Assembly: GCF_009914755.1 (NCBI RefSeq)
Contig: NC_060926.1
DNA from: the human T2T-CHM13v2.0 reference genome, Homo sapiens
DNA length: 64,000 bases
Reading direction: 5' to 3' (one strand)
In this document: piece after piece, positions 27,740 to 42,619 of the stretch
How positions within the stretch are numbered: the stretch's first letter is position 1
Layout of the letters: each line of letters begins with the position of its first letter
Notes under the pieces: model-generated
The model's database searches: none
Seen by the model: the letters and a program-made list of their open reading frames with translations, nothing else
Told to the model about the DNA's origin: nothing
Position numbers and translations under genes: made by a program

Positions 27740-29914
27740 ACATTCAGTATAACATATCTAAGTGCCCAAATGAACTACCAGAGAATGAACACGTCTGTAA
27801 TTACCACCCTGATCAACATATAGAAGATTATTAGTAGTACAGTTACAATGTTCCACTCCTCTTCAGAGATAATCACTACTTCTGGCTTCTTTGCATCACA
27901 AATTAGCCTGTTATTGAAACTTATAGAAATAATCACACAATATATATTACTTTGCGTCTGGCTTCTTCTGCTCAATATTATTTGTGAATTCATCCATGTC
28001 ATTCCATGTAGCAGTATTGTGTTTTTCTCTGTGGTATAATATTTCACTGTAGGAATAGTGCACAATTTATACATTCTACTGTTAATGGACATCTAGGCTG
28101 TTTACACTTTAAGGCTATTAGGAATAAAGTTGCTATAAACATTCTTGTACATATATTTTGGTAAATTTGTGCATGCATTTCTCTTGAGTATATACCTAAG
28201 ACTGGAATTGCTTGGTTGTAGGTCAGGTATTTATCCAAACTTCATACATATTGCTAATAAATTTTCAAAAGCAGATGTACTAATTTATACTCCCATCAGC
28301 ACTGTATGACAATTTCATTTGCTTCACATTCTTCCCAACACTTGGTATTGTCAGTCTTATTAATTTATGGCAAGTGTATGGTATCTCACCGTAGTCTGAA
28401 TTTGCATTTCTGTGGTGATTAATGAGGAATTTCTTCTTTTGTGAAGTACTTGTGAAGTCTCTGCATATTTTTCTATCAGGCTGTCTTTTTCTTATTTATT
28501 TGTAGGAATTCTTTGTTAGATGCTGCAAATATCTTCTTTCTCTGAGGAATGGCCTTTTATGTTCATGAAAGAGATTCACCTATAATTTTTCTCTCTTACA
28601 TTGTAAGATTTTGGTATCAGGACTATTCTGACCTCACACAAGTTTTTCCTCTTTTTCTACTGTATGGAAGAGTGTGATTGAGACTTTACATGTATAGTAA
28701 AGTCATCTGGGTCAGGACATTTCTTTATAGTAAGGTTTAAAATTATGAGTTCGATTTCTTTGATAGATATAAGACTATTTACATTTTTTATTTCTTTTTA
28801 CACTCATTTTCTTAAGCAGTCTTTTAAATTTGCCCATCTCATATATTTTTCAAATTCATTGCCATAAGTTGCTTATAATATCCTCTTAGTAGCCTATTGA
28901 TGTCTACAGAATCTACAGTAACACATTTTCGTTCATAATGCTAGTTTCGCTTTTCTTTTTCCCCGTTCACTAGTCTTGCTAAGAATTTATATTTTACTAG
29001 TGTTTTCAAATGACGAACTTTTGGCCTTTTTGATCCTTTTTATTACATGCTTCTTTCCTATTTCATTAATATTTACTTTCATCTTAATTGTTTCCCTTTA
29101 TCTAATTTCTCTGGGTTCCTTTTATTGTTCTTTTTCTAACTCCTTCATAAGAATACTTTCAGATCACTGATTTCACCTTTCCTTATTTTGAGACATATAC
29201 ATTTATGACTAAATGTATAGAACTTGAGTTTATACATTAGAAAACAACAAATTTGGTATATTGCATGTTTATTATCATAAACTATTTTCTTTCCATAGTG
29301 ATTTCTTCTTTGAAACATGACATCTTTTAGAATTATACTGCTTAACTTCCAGACATTTAGACAATTTCTAGTAATCTTCCCATTATTGACTGCTAAGTTT
29401 AATTCCATAGTGTTCAGGTAATATATTCTTTATGACTTCAATAATTTGAAATTTGTTTAATTGTTTTATGGCCAATGAAATGGTCAATTTTGGTAAATGT
29501 TCCATTTGTACTTGAAAAGAATGTACATTCTACTGTTGTTGGGTGTGGTATCCTATATATGTCAATTAGGTCAAATTCTTTGAGTTGTTTAACTCTTCTA
29601 TATTCTTTACTAAAATTCTGTCTGCTTATTCTATCAATTACTAAAAGTATTAAGATTTTCTTTTAGTACTACAGTTTTTGTTTTGTTTTGTCTTTCAATC
29701 CTGCCACTTTTTGCACTATGTGTTTTGAGGTTATATTATTATGCATATACAAACTTAAGTTATTGTGCCTCCTAGTATACTGAACATTTGGCATTATGAA
29801 ATGCCACTTTTAACTCCTTTAAAGTCTACTTTGATATCGTATACTACACTAACTTTTTTGTTGTTGTTAGGGCTTGCACAGTGTATATTTCTCCATTCTT
29901 TGCTTTCAACTTTT

Positions 29915-29915
<1 letters not shown>
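27740..29915 (-). mobile_element. Old L1M (L1ME-like) 3' UTR and ORF2 remnants
   Basis: tctggcttctt..gctcaa...ttcatccatgt...ggacat.taggctgttt...atacctaagactggaattgct; decayed ORF2-like peptides in the ORF track. Confidence 0.8.
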
Positions 29916-30442
<527 letters not shown>

Positions 30443-30489
30443 TAAGCAGCAGAGAGGTGGACTTTTCAAATCCAATCTGACATTCTTTG

Positions 30490-31530
30490 TCTTTTTTAAT
30501 TTTTAAAAATTTACATAAAATTAGCCATCTGAACATAATCTAGTACTAAAGCATTTCATGCACTCACAATGTTATGCAAACCACCTCTATCTAGATCCAA
30601 AACATTTCCATCACTCCAAAATAAAGCAATGTATTCATTAAGCAGTTTCTACCCATTATTCCTCCCCCTAGTCTCTGACAACCACCAATATGCAGTTCTG
30701 TCTCTATGGATTTGCCTATTCTGAACACTTCATATATATGGAATCATTCACGATGTGACCTTTTGTGCCTGGCTTCTTTCACATGGCATAATGTTTTTGA
30801 GGCTCATGCACATTGTAGTATCAGTACTTCATTCCTTTTTGGCTATTATGAATATTGCCACTATGAACATACATGCACATATATTGTTTGAGTAACTGTG
30901 TTGGGTATATACACAGAAGTAGAATTGCTAGTTCATATGGTAAGTCTATAATTAACTTTTAGAGAAACTGTCAAACTCATTTTTTTTCTTTCCCCAGAGA
31001 AAGTAAATTTCGTTGAAGTTTTATTTTTAACTGACACATAATAACTGTATATGTTTATGGGACACAGTGTGATGTTTTGATAGACGTACACTTTGTGTAA
31101 TTATAAATCTGGGTATTAAGCATATTCATCACCTCATACATTCATCATTACTTTGTAGTAAGAACATTCTTCTAGTTATTTTGAAATATAATCTTTGTCT
31201 TTTATTGCAGTATTATAACATTTTTACTCCACTACCCTCTCTTGCCCTTTCTGTATTATTGTCATGTATTTTAACTGAACTCTATACATTAAAACATGTT
31301 ATCATTATTGTTTTGTTTTTACTTTTTATTTTGAAAACATTTTAAACTTACAGATAAGCTGTAAGAATAATAAAGGCACAAAGTTCCAGTATGAAATGAT
31401 GAAAAAGTTCTGAAAACATATAGGGGTAATGGTTGTACAATATTATAAATGTACTTAATGCTAGTGAATTGTATACTTAAAATGGTTAATGGTATATTTT
31501 ATGTTATGTATAGTTTACCACAATAAAAAA
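30490..31530. mobile_element. Mosaic of L1M 3' UTR fragments (mostly minus; 31370-31530 plus)
   Basis: tctgtctctatggatttgcctattctgaac; gatgaaaaagttctg...aatgtacttaatgc...tttaccacaataaaaa. Confidence 0.75.
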
Positions 31531-31600
31531 GTTGTTTTTAAGGAACAAGAAACTTTTGCTTTAGGCTATGTCTTGAAGAATGCCTAAGACATGGGAATGG

Positions 31601-31961
<361 letters not shown>

Positions 31962-33395
31962 TCAGTACGTTTAAAGTCCTACGTTCACTGTCAGGAGAGT
32001 TGAGAAAAAAGTAATGGTAAGCCAGGCAAACCCAAATCACAAAGAACTTTGTGAGCCATGGCCTTTATGTTGGCACTATCCCATAGGAAATAGGTAATTT
32101 AATCAAGGGAATAACATGATTAGTTCTTCATTTTGTATTTGTGGAAAACAAGAGCAAGCTACAGACAAAAAGATCAGTTAAACTGCAAAAATAAATTAAG
32201 CATAAGTGAGGCTCAAACCAAAGAAGTAGTAATAAAAGCAGGAGGAAGAAAGAGGTATGGGGAATATTCAAGAGATAAAATCAACAGGATGAGATGTAGA
32301 TGGTGCAAAAGAGGAAGGAGTCACAGATACAGCTTTTCTGTTAAACAATTTGGTTCCACTAACTAGAGATTATGAGGACTGAGAGTTCAGCCTTACCAAA
32401 AATTAGTATCACGTTCTTTTAGAAATGATCTCTTTAAGTCATATATGAATAGACCTGAAAGGACACACAACAGTCTAAAGAGAAGAAAGAGGTAAATGTG
32501 AAGATAAAAGGAGGAAGAATATATTTTTACAGTACAACCATACCTCAGAGATACTGCAGGTTTAGTTCCAATAAAGTGAGTATCGCTATAAAGCAAGTAA
32601 AAGTAAGTGCAATAAAGTGAGTATCGCTATAAAGCAAGTCACACAAATTTTTGTTTCCTAGTAAGCATGAGTTATGCTTAAACTATATTGTAGTCTATTA
32701 AGCGTGCAATAGCATGTCTACAAAAACAATGTATAAACCTTAATTTAAAAATATTTTTACTAAAAAATGCTAATGATCATCTCTGCTTTCAGTGAGTTGT
32801 AATCTTTTTGCTGGTGGAGGGTCGTGCCTTAATGTTGATGGCTGCTGACTAATCAGGGTAGTGGTTGCTGAAGGTTGGGTGGCTGTGACAATTTCTTAAA
32901 ATATGAAAACAACGAAGTTTGCCATATCAATCAACTCTTCCTTTCACAAAAAAATTTCCCTGTGACATGCAGTGCTATTTCATAGCATTTTACCCACATT
33001 TCAACTTCTCTCAAAACTGAAGCCAATCCTCTCAAACTCCGCCACTGCCTTACCAACTAAGTGTATGTGATATTCTAAATCCTTTGTTGTCATTTCAACA
33101 ATATTCACAGCATCTTCACCAGCAGTAGATTCCATCTCAAGAAACCACTTTCTTTGCTCACCCATAACAGGCAACTTCTCATCCATTCAAGTTTTATCAT
33201 GAGATTACAGCAGTTCCATCATGTCTTCAGGTTCCACATCTACATCTAGTTCTCTTGCTGTTTCCACCACATCTGCAGTTACTTCCTCCACTGAAGTCTT
33301 GAGCCTCTCAAAGTCATCCATGTGGGTTTGGAATCAACTCATCCCAAACCCCTATTAATGTTGATGTTTTGACCTCTCATGAATCATGAATATTC

Positions 33396-33697
33396 TTTTT
33401 TTTTTTTTTTCCTGAGACGAGTCTTGGTCTGTAACCCAGGCTGTAGTGCAGTGGTGTGATCTTGGTTCACTGCAACCTCAGCCTCCCAGGTTCAAGCAAT
33501 TCTCCTGCCTCAGCCTCTCGAGTAGCTAGGATTACAGGCACATGCTGCCACGCCTGGTTAATTTTTTTTTTGTATTTTCAGTAGAGACAGGGTTTCACCA
33601 TGTTGGCCAGGCTGGTCTTGAACTCCTGACCTCGTGATCTACCCTCCTTGGCCTCCCAAAGTGCTGGGATTATAGGCGTGAGCCACCACGCCCGGCC
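33396..33697 (-). mobile_element. AluSg-like, nested in Tigger1
   Basis: gacctcgtgatc diagnostic; TSD atgaa.attc. Confidence 0.95.
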
Positions 33698-34602
33698 ATG
33701 AAAATTCATCTAGAATGGTGAATCCCTTCCAAAAGGTTTTCAATTTATTATGCCCAGATCCATCAGATAAATCACTACCTATGATAGTTACAGTCTTATG
33801 AAATGTATTTCTTAAATAATAAGATAGGAACATCAAAATTATTCCTTGATCTATGGGTTGCAGAATGGATGTTGTCTTAGCAGGCATGAAAACAACATTA
33901 ACCTCCTAGCACATCTCCATCAGAGCTCTGGAATGATCAGGTACTTTGTCAATGAGCAGTAGGTCTCAATGAAAGGAATTGTTTTTTCTGAGCAGTAGGT
34001 CTCAAGAGTGGGCTTAAAATATTCAGTGAACCATGCTGTAAACAGATGTGCTGTCATCCAGGTTTCGTTGTTCCACTTATATAGCACAGGCAGAATAGAT
34101 TTAGTATAACTCGCAAAGGCTCTAGGATTTTCAGAATGGTAATAAGCATTGGTTTCAACTTAAAGTCACCAACCGCATTAGCCCTTAACAAGGGAGTCAG
34201 CATATCCTTTGAAGCCAGGCATTGACTTCTCTTCTCAAGCAATTAAAGTCCTAGATGGCCTCTTCTTCCAAGGCTGTTTTGTTGACATTGAACATCTGTT
34301 GTTTTCATTGTCTTCATCAATGATCTTAGTTAGACCTTCTGGAGAACTTGCTGCAGCTTCTACATTAGCACTTGCTGCTTCACCTTGCAGTTTTATGTTA
34401 GGGCTATGGCTTCTTTTCTTAAACCACATGAAACAACCTCTGTAAGCTTCCAACTTTTCTTCTGCAGCTTCCTCACCTCTCTCAGTTTTCTAACTCTAGA
34501 ATTAAAGAGAGTTAGGACCTTGCTCTGGAATAGTCCTTCGCTTAAGGGAATATTGTGGATAGTTTGATCTTCTATCAAGAACGCTAAAACTTTCTCCATA
34601 TT

Positions 34603-34739
34603 AGTCAGGCATGGTGGTACACACCTATAATCCCAGCTACTTGGGAGGCTGAGGCAAGAGGATCACTTAAGCCCAGGGGTTTGGAACCAGCCTGGGCAAC
34701 ACAGTGAGACACCATGTCAAAACAAAACAAAACAAAAAA
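34603..34739 (+). mobile_element. FLAM monomer nested in Tigger1
   Basis: Single ~115-nt monomer with a (CAAAA)n tail; degenerate TSD ctttctcc.tat. Confidence 0.9.
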
Positions 34740-35816
34740 TCCCTTTCTCCCTATCAGCAATAAAGCTGTTTTGCTTTCTTCTCATTCGTGTGTTCTCTGG
34801 AGGAGCACTTTTAATTTCCTTCAAGAACTTTTCCTTTGCATTCACAACTTGGCTAACGTGGTGCAAAAGACCTGGCTTTCAGCCTATCTTAGCTGTCAAC
34901 ATGCCTTCCTCACTAAGCTTAATCATTTCTAGCTTTTGATTTAAAATGAGAGATGTGACTCTTCCTTTCACTTGAACACTTAGAAGCCATCGTAGGGGTA
35001 TTATTAATATTTGGCCCAATTTCAATGTTGTGTCTCAGGGAACACAGACAACCCGGGAGAGGGAGAAAGATGGGAAATGGCCAGTAGGTGGAGCAATCAG
35101 AGCACACCCAACATTTATCGACTAAGTTTGCTGTCTTCTATGTGCATCGTTCATGGCTCCCTAAAGCAGTTATAACAGGAACATCAAAGATCACCAGTCA
35201 AAGACCACTTTAACAGATACAATAATAACAAAAAGGTTTGAAACCTTGTAAGAATTACCAAAATGTGACACAGAGACACAAAGGGAGCACATGCTGTTGG
35301 AAAAATGGCATTGAGTTTCTCAACACAGCGTTGCCACAAACCTTCGATTTGTAAAACAACAACAAAAACCCCCAAAACCCACAATATCTGTGGAACCGAA
35401 TAAAGTGAAGGTCAATAAAATGAAGTATGCCTGTATGCTACTCTGAATCTTTCAATGTTCGTTAAAAACAAATAGCTTAAATATTTCAAAAGTTATGTTA
35501 ATACCAGTTTTAAAAATTGCCTTAAGAATATAATAAGAAATCTGCTAACAGCTACATATTACTGAGGACATTAATTTTTTACTCAGATGTTTTCAGAAAA
35601 AAAGACTCAATTATAATTTCTGGTAGTCTTTAGTCCTTCAATTAGCTAATTATTAGTTCTATGAATATTTTCTAAGTATAATGCTTTCCAAATAATCGAT
35701 ACAAAATAAATTGTTCCTTAAGCCCTCCTAACTTCATTTTTCAAATTTCATTTTTCCAAATGGGATGTACATACACTTAAATAGATTTAAAATTAACCTT
35801 GATCTTGATGACTTGG

Positions 35817-36204
35817 TATTATAGATTGAATCCCATCCCTGATACTCAGAAAGTGAACTTATTTGGGAATTAATTAAGATGAAGCCATACTTAGAGGAAG
35901 GTGGGCCTTTAAGCCAATATTACTTGTGTCCTTATAAGAAGAGAGAAATTTGGACAGAGACACACAGGAAAGGTGGCCATGTGAAGACTAAGGCAGAGAT
36001 TGGAGTTCTGCTGTCACAAGGCAAGGGACACCTGGAGCTACCAGAAGCTAGAACTTCTCCCCCAGAGAGGCTTCAGAGAGAGCATGGCCCTGCCAACACC
36101 CTGACTTCAGACTTCTCATCCTCCAGAACCGGGAAAGAAGACATTGTTGTTTAAAGTCATCCTGTTCATGGTGCTTGTTACAGCAACCCTAGGAAACAAA
36201 CACA
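35817..36204 (+). mobile_element. MLT1B/C-like MaLR solo LTR
   Basis: gtccttataagaag...ccatgtgaagac...gcatggccctgccaacacc...gcaaccctaggaaac; 5-bp TSD cttgg. Confidence 0.9.
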
Positions 36205-36307
36205 CTTGGCTGATACCAAGAGAAAATGCTTATCCCACTCCTGCCTTCTTTATTTAGTGCCTGGGTTTTACTTCAGACAGCAAGACTCACTATAGAAGGT
36301 GTATCTT

Positions 36308-36626
36308 GGCCGGGCACAGTGGCTCACGCCTGTAATTCCAGCACTTCGGGAGGCCGAGGTGGGTGGATCACGAGGTCAGGGGTTTGACACCAGCCTGGCC
36401 AATACAATGAAACCCCGTCTCTACTAAAAATACAAAAATTAGCCGGGTGTGGTGGCATGCACCTGTAGTCCCAGCCACTCAGGAGGCTGAGGCAGAAGAA
36501 TCACTTCAACCAGGGAGGCGGAGGTTGCAGTGAGCCGAGATAGTGCCACTGAACTCCAGCCTGGGCAACAGAGTGAGACTCAGTCTCAAAAAAAAAAAAA
36601 AAAAAAGAAAGAAAGAAAAAAAAAAA
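36308..36626 (+). mobile_element. AluSg-like
   Basis: gatcacgaggtcagg; TSD aaggt.tatctt. Confidence 0.96.
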
Positions 36627-37072
36627 GGTATATCTTATGTCAGAGTATATCTACCTTGCTCTCAGGAAAAACTCTTCTTTAACATTAAAAAGTCAGCTCA
36701 TGTTTCATGCTAGAGTATATTTAACCTAAGTCTTTCACGCTTATTGACATAAAAATACAAATGGCATCCAAATCTAGAAACTGGAAACTTAATAGGAAAA
36801 GAGGTTTGAATGTTGAATTTCTGAAAGATTACCCAGAAAATAAAGATACATTTAAATGAACAGGAAGAATCAACAACATTAAAGAAGAATAGGTAAATAC
36901 CTGGTAAACAAAATGACCTGCCTATCTTTCTCATAAATTTCAAGTAGCTATCTCTTTTATATCCATCACATTTTTGTACCTTTAGACCATTTGCTAGAGA
37001 ACTTAAGAAATATATTTCTAAAAGAAACTTCCCTACAGTAACTAGTTGATATCATAATCATATAGTTATCCC

Positions 37073-37406
<334 letters not shown>

Positions 37407-37529
37407 TAGTACATGGTGATGGCTTAAGGTAAGCATCTGTTAGTCTGACTAAATTCTATGCTCAAACCACAAAGACATCAGGCACCAAGGAGTTAACACT
37501 CCTAGGAGTAGCCCATAGCCAGTAACTGA

Positions 37530-38045
<516 letters not shown>

Positions 38046-38548
38046 TAATAATCATTCATTATAATGTGATAGAAAACACATTTGAATATTAAGAACAATG
38101 AGGCATGTTTTCATTCCATAAAATATTAAAATGATCTGTCTACTTTAAGAGTGTATTCATTTAGTCCACCCCTATGGAGAACCAGGTCTTTGTATAAATC
38201 ACTTCTTCAAATCCATGAAAACTGTATGAGTCATTTCACCAAATCCAGTAAGTTTTTCATCATAAACCACACTTTATTAACACTAAAACTTGAAGGCCTA
38301 CATAGTAATCATGTAAACACTCACTATTACTGCTAACTACTGCTTGCTTAGAACCGCCTAAATAGCCTATCACCATGGCCCTTGGTTGTTTAAAAATAAA
38401 GTTCCTTAACAATTTTTTTTTAACAGAAATAACCCTTGGCTTCTAAAATTCCATAACAATATTAGATGTATCATATGCATTATTTAAAAAATTTAATCAA
38501 GAAAAATAAACTCTTGAGTATCTAAAGAAGCTGTAAATTTTTACTTAC

Positions 38549-38724
38549 ATATTCAGGTTTTAGTTTTTTATCTCCTCCTCTCACAGCCACCTTTTCTAGT
38601 TTATCTATAATGGGCCCAATCATTTCCTCATCTTTAAGCTGAAGCTCTTCATGTATTATTTCTATATCTCGAATAGGATCTACACTTCCTTCAACGTGCG
38701 TGATATCATCATCTTCAAAAGCAC
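38549..38724 (-). CDS. OLA1: OLA1 coding exon 5 (176 nt, phase 1 to 0): (R)[58 protein letters not shown]
   Basis: Minus strand reads ttttag|GTGCTTTTGAAGAT...CCTGAATAT|gtaagt. Open frame, with the YchF/OLA1 motif [10 protein letters not shown]. Confidence 0.98.
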
Positions 38725-40545
38725 CTAAAATGAATTAAAGGGAAGCAATTCAATAAACAAATAATACAGCGTGTTCATTATGATAGAGTGAAAGATTCCT
38801 AGAAGGTTAACAAATAAATATAATAAATAAATTACTCTGGCTTCTTGGCAAGTAGGATATAGCATTTTTCCCCCATTTAGTAATACTGAGGCTACTGGCA
38901 ATAAAACTATAGTTCAAGAGCCTCCATATTTCAAAAATTGATTTAAATAAATAAAATTATGGTCTTTACAAAAACAAAATTATGTTCTAGAACTACTGGC
39001 ATTTCCAAGTTTGGTAAATTAAAAGATACTGAATTCCAGGCATGAAAGATTGAAGTTCTAAACTGCACTATTAGGGTTTCCAAGGGAAACCAGATTTAGG
39101 GAGGGGGGGTCTGAAATCATCTGGCAGACCTCTTCCCTGCTTCAATCTACTTTATCACTGTGGTTCTGACGGTGATTAGATAATGAACCACTCAGACACA
39201 CAATTTACACAGCAGCTAATTTCATCGGCCTGATTTGAGGGTATGGTTTTTAGGGGGCTATCAAAGAAGCAGATGAAGGTGCATTTGTCATATATGAGTG
39301 ACAACCATTCACACTATCTGAACAAAATGATGCTGGCCCTTATTAGAAACACATGCTATTATCACATATTTAAAGTGCAGTTGAAGCCATAATTTCAAAT
39401 TGCCAACTGGAAACATAAGGGTAAAACAACCAGATATTACTGAAGCATGTGTACTGACTTTATGCCCTTTTGAAGACATAATGTGGCAACATAATTCAAC
39501 TGGGATTTACTCAAATTACCAGATAAAGAATAGTATCATAAAAAATGAACAAATACTAAGAAATATTACAAACAGAAAGCAATGATATATCCACCAAACA
39601 ATACACACATTTATAAACAAATTAATTTCATTAAAACTACCAATTAGATTATAGTCCCAAAATGAGATGTTTTCAAACATAAAGCATCAATTATTTTAGA
39701 CAGAGGTATCAAAAAAATCATGAGAGTTTGATTGAGTTTGGTAAGAGAAACAGTGAACACAGCTCATTCTTAAATACCAAAAACCAAGATACTCTTGATA
39801 CAAGTTATAAATTGTTTTTAAATATAATTTCCCAGAATTAAAAATAATTAAGTTGTATCTAAATGTGGATTATTCAGTAACAATAAAACATAAATATACT
39901 ATTACAATTAAAGTATAGGTATGTAAAGCAATATTTAAGTTTTTTGCATACAAATAATATACTATTTAATGTCAAATTCATATGAGCAAAATTAGCAGAA
40001 ATGAGGAGCTATATTATGTTTTACTAACAAACACAATAGACAGTGGTTTAGGTAAATTTTTTGAATCTTTGAAAATATGAAGGAAATCTCCCTAAAAGCA
40101 CAATATTATTTACTTCTTGTCAAGATTTGAGGCATCTTATGCAAATAGCATGATAAAATAGGAAAATAAAAATGGAAGCTTCCTGGCAGTCAAGCAACAC
40201 AAATAACACTGTAACTTACAGGAGTGACTAAGCTTTCTGTGACACTCAGAATGAAAAATATCCTATATAGTTGTCTCTATGTAGGGTCCAAAGACTAACC
40301 ATAGTGATGTCCTCAACAACATCCCTACAGTAAATGCATTAGCAGGTTTTAAATGGCAATTCTTAATTACAACCCCCAATTTTAACCAAGTGGATAATAG
40401 AGAGAAACTTAGTAACTGCCATTCTTCTGAAAGCAAAGAAAACAAAGCCCTCTGATGATCTAAAAGAATCCAAAGAAAAAAAGAGAATAAAGGAGGAAGG
40501 GGAAGAAATCATGTGTCTATCTTGCAACCTTCAAATTATCTTTTA

Positions 40546-40866
40546 GGTTGGGTGTGGTGGCTCACACCTGTAATCCCAGCACTTTGGGTGGCCAAGGTGG
40601 GAGGATCACTTGAGCCCAGGAGTCTAAGACCTGGGCAACAAGGCAAGATCCTGTCTCTACAAGAAATTTTTAAAAAATATAGTCGGGCATGGTGGTATGC
40701 GCTTATACTCTTGGCTACTGGGGAGGCTAAGGTAGGAGGACTGCTTCAGGTCAGGAGTGAGCTGTAATAAGCCATGATCATGCCACTACACTCTAGCCTG
40801 GGCAACAGAGCAAGACCTTGTCGAGCAAGACCTTGTCAAGCAAAAACAAAAACCTACCAAAAAAAA
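40546..40866 (+). mobile_element. AluJ
   Basis: ggaggatcacttgagcccagg; TSD caaattat.tt.ta. Confidence 0.92.
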
Positions 40867-41394
40867 CCAAATTATTTTCTAGATTGTACCTTACCTAGAC
40901 TCTGCCAAGGACTAGCCTAGGAAAGGAGTTATGACTGTATCATCACTAATCTATTCCCCCTACTATAAGAAAAAAACTCAAGCCACAGACCTTACATATG
41001 CTGGTGGCACTGTTGCTCCCTGCCCCAAGGTTAGTATTATTGTTATATTCCTTTGTATTGTGAGGTGGTAACATACCATAAGTAGAATTTAAATTTATTT
41101 CTGAAAAAAAATTGTCAAATATTAAGATAAAAATTAAGTAATGGGAACACTAAGGCTATCCTGTCAAATGGAATACCCTAGAACGGGCCTAGAACACCCA
41201 TAAACTAAAAGCTTCCATAAAATTTGGTGGCCATTTGGGTAACTTCTCATTTCTTAGAGCTGAAAAATTGGAGATTCTTTTCCAAAGACATGCTTCTGGG
41301 TCAACGAACTTCATCATACACTTATGTCATAGCATTTTTTTTGCATCTTGCCTTCTTTAGTACAAGATTTAATGCTTAAGAATATAGTCTTTGA

Positions 41395-41655
41395 GGCCCG
41401 GCATGGTGGCTCACACCTGTAATCCTAACACTTTGGGAGGCTGAGGCAGGAGGATCGCCTGAGCTCAGGAGTTTGAGATCAGCCTAGGCAACATTGTGAG
41501 ACCTTGTCCCTAAATAAAAAAATTAGCCACGCATGGTGGTGCACGCCTGTGGTCTCAGCTACTTGGAGATCTGAGGTGGGAGACTGCTTGAACCCGGGAG
41601 GTTGAGGCTGCAGTGAGCTGTGATCACGCTGGGCGACAGAGTAAGACCCTGTTTA

Positions 41656-41664
<9 letters not shown>
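41395..41664 (+). mobile_element. AluJ
   Basis: ggaggatcgcctgagctcagg, gaggctgcagtgagctgtgatc. Confidence 0.93.
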
Positions 41665-41712
<48 letters not shown>

Positions 41713-41735
41713 CACGGAATATATATATTCCGTGA
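41665..41735. repeat. (TA)23 microsatellite followed by a 24-bp perfect palindrome
   Basis: TA tract at 41665-41710; tcacggaatatatatattccgtga at 41712-41735. Confidence 0.95.
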
Positions 41736-42619
41736 ACTCAGAAAGGTTTGCTGATCATAGAATCTTAGACAAATTACCTAACCTCTATAGATCTTATCTT
41801 CACATCTTTAAAATGAGGATGCTTCTACCTCTCAGAGAATGGATATGATTAAATCAGATAATATATGTCAAGTGTTCAGCAGAGAGCCCAACACACAAAA
41901 TTCTTTCAGTGATTGGGGAATATACTATTTTTTTATAATGTAGGAATTACTAATTTAGAAGAATTCCTCAGCAATATACTCAAAACATTAATTTTGAGTA
42001 ATATAGTTTCATGCTATTCAATTCACCTTGGAAAGAATTAAAATAAACAGAGTTTCTAGGGTTTTTTTTCCCCCAGAAATTCTCACTAGTTCACTAGCAC
42101 ACTTTTACCCTAGTCCATGGCCTAAGTTATTTCAACTTCACATGAACTAAAATAGCATTTAGTTTTAGTGCACTGGTAAATTCAGAGGACAGACTACACT
42201 ACATTACACTGCAACGCTCGATGAGAAAGTTACTTTTATTACAATTCTCTTTCAATTTGTCTATGTCAAGAAGGTCTCAGTTTAATGCTGTTGGTCTTTA
42301 ATGTTTATCTTTTTCTCAACAGAGCAAGCCTTAGTCTCAGAGCTTCTAAAGAGTAAAAAAAATTAAAAACTGCAATTTTCATTGTATTTATTTTTATTAG
42401 CTTCAATTTTGACATGTGATACTAATTTTCCACTTACATTAGTGACAAAGTTCCCTGTTTAAATAAATTTAGCCAAAAATGTGAGTAATTATGTATAAAG
42501 TAACAATCATATATTCTGGTAAAATAACTCCTATCAAGAGAAATGCCTGAAAATACTAACTATAATCATATTGATGATGATAGGATATGATACAGTTTTT
42601 GTGAAATTTATTTTTGGTG

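Larger units (their letters stand above)
32535..35433 (-). mobile_element. Full-length Tigger1 (pogo/TcMar DNA transposon) with a decayed transposase
   Basis: ta|caaccatacctc ... gaagtatgcctg|ta termini with TA TSDs. Minus-strand peptide fragments [52 protein letters not shown] and [12 protein letters not shown]. Confidence 0.95.

Noticed and set aside
33001-35107. Active or domesticated Tigger transposase (TIGD1-like gene)
   Set aside because: The frame is split by many stops and frameshifts and by two SINE insertions.
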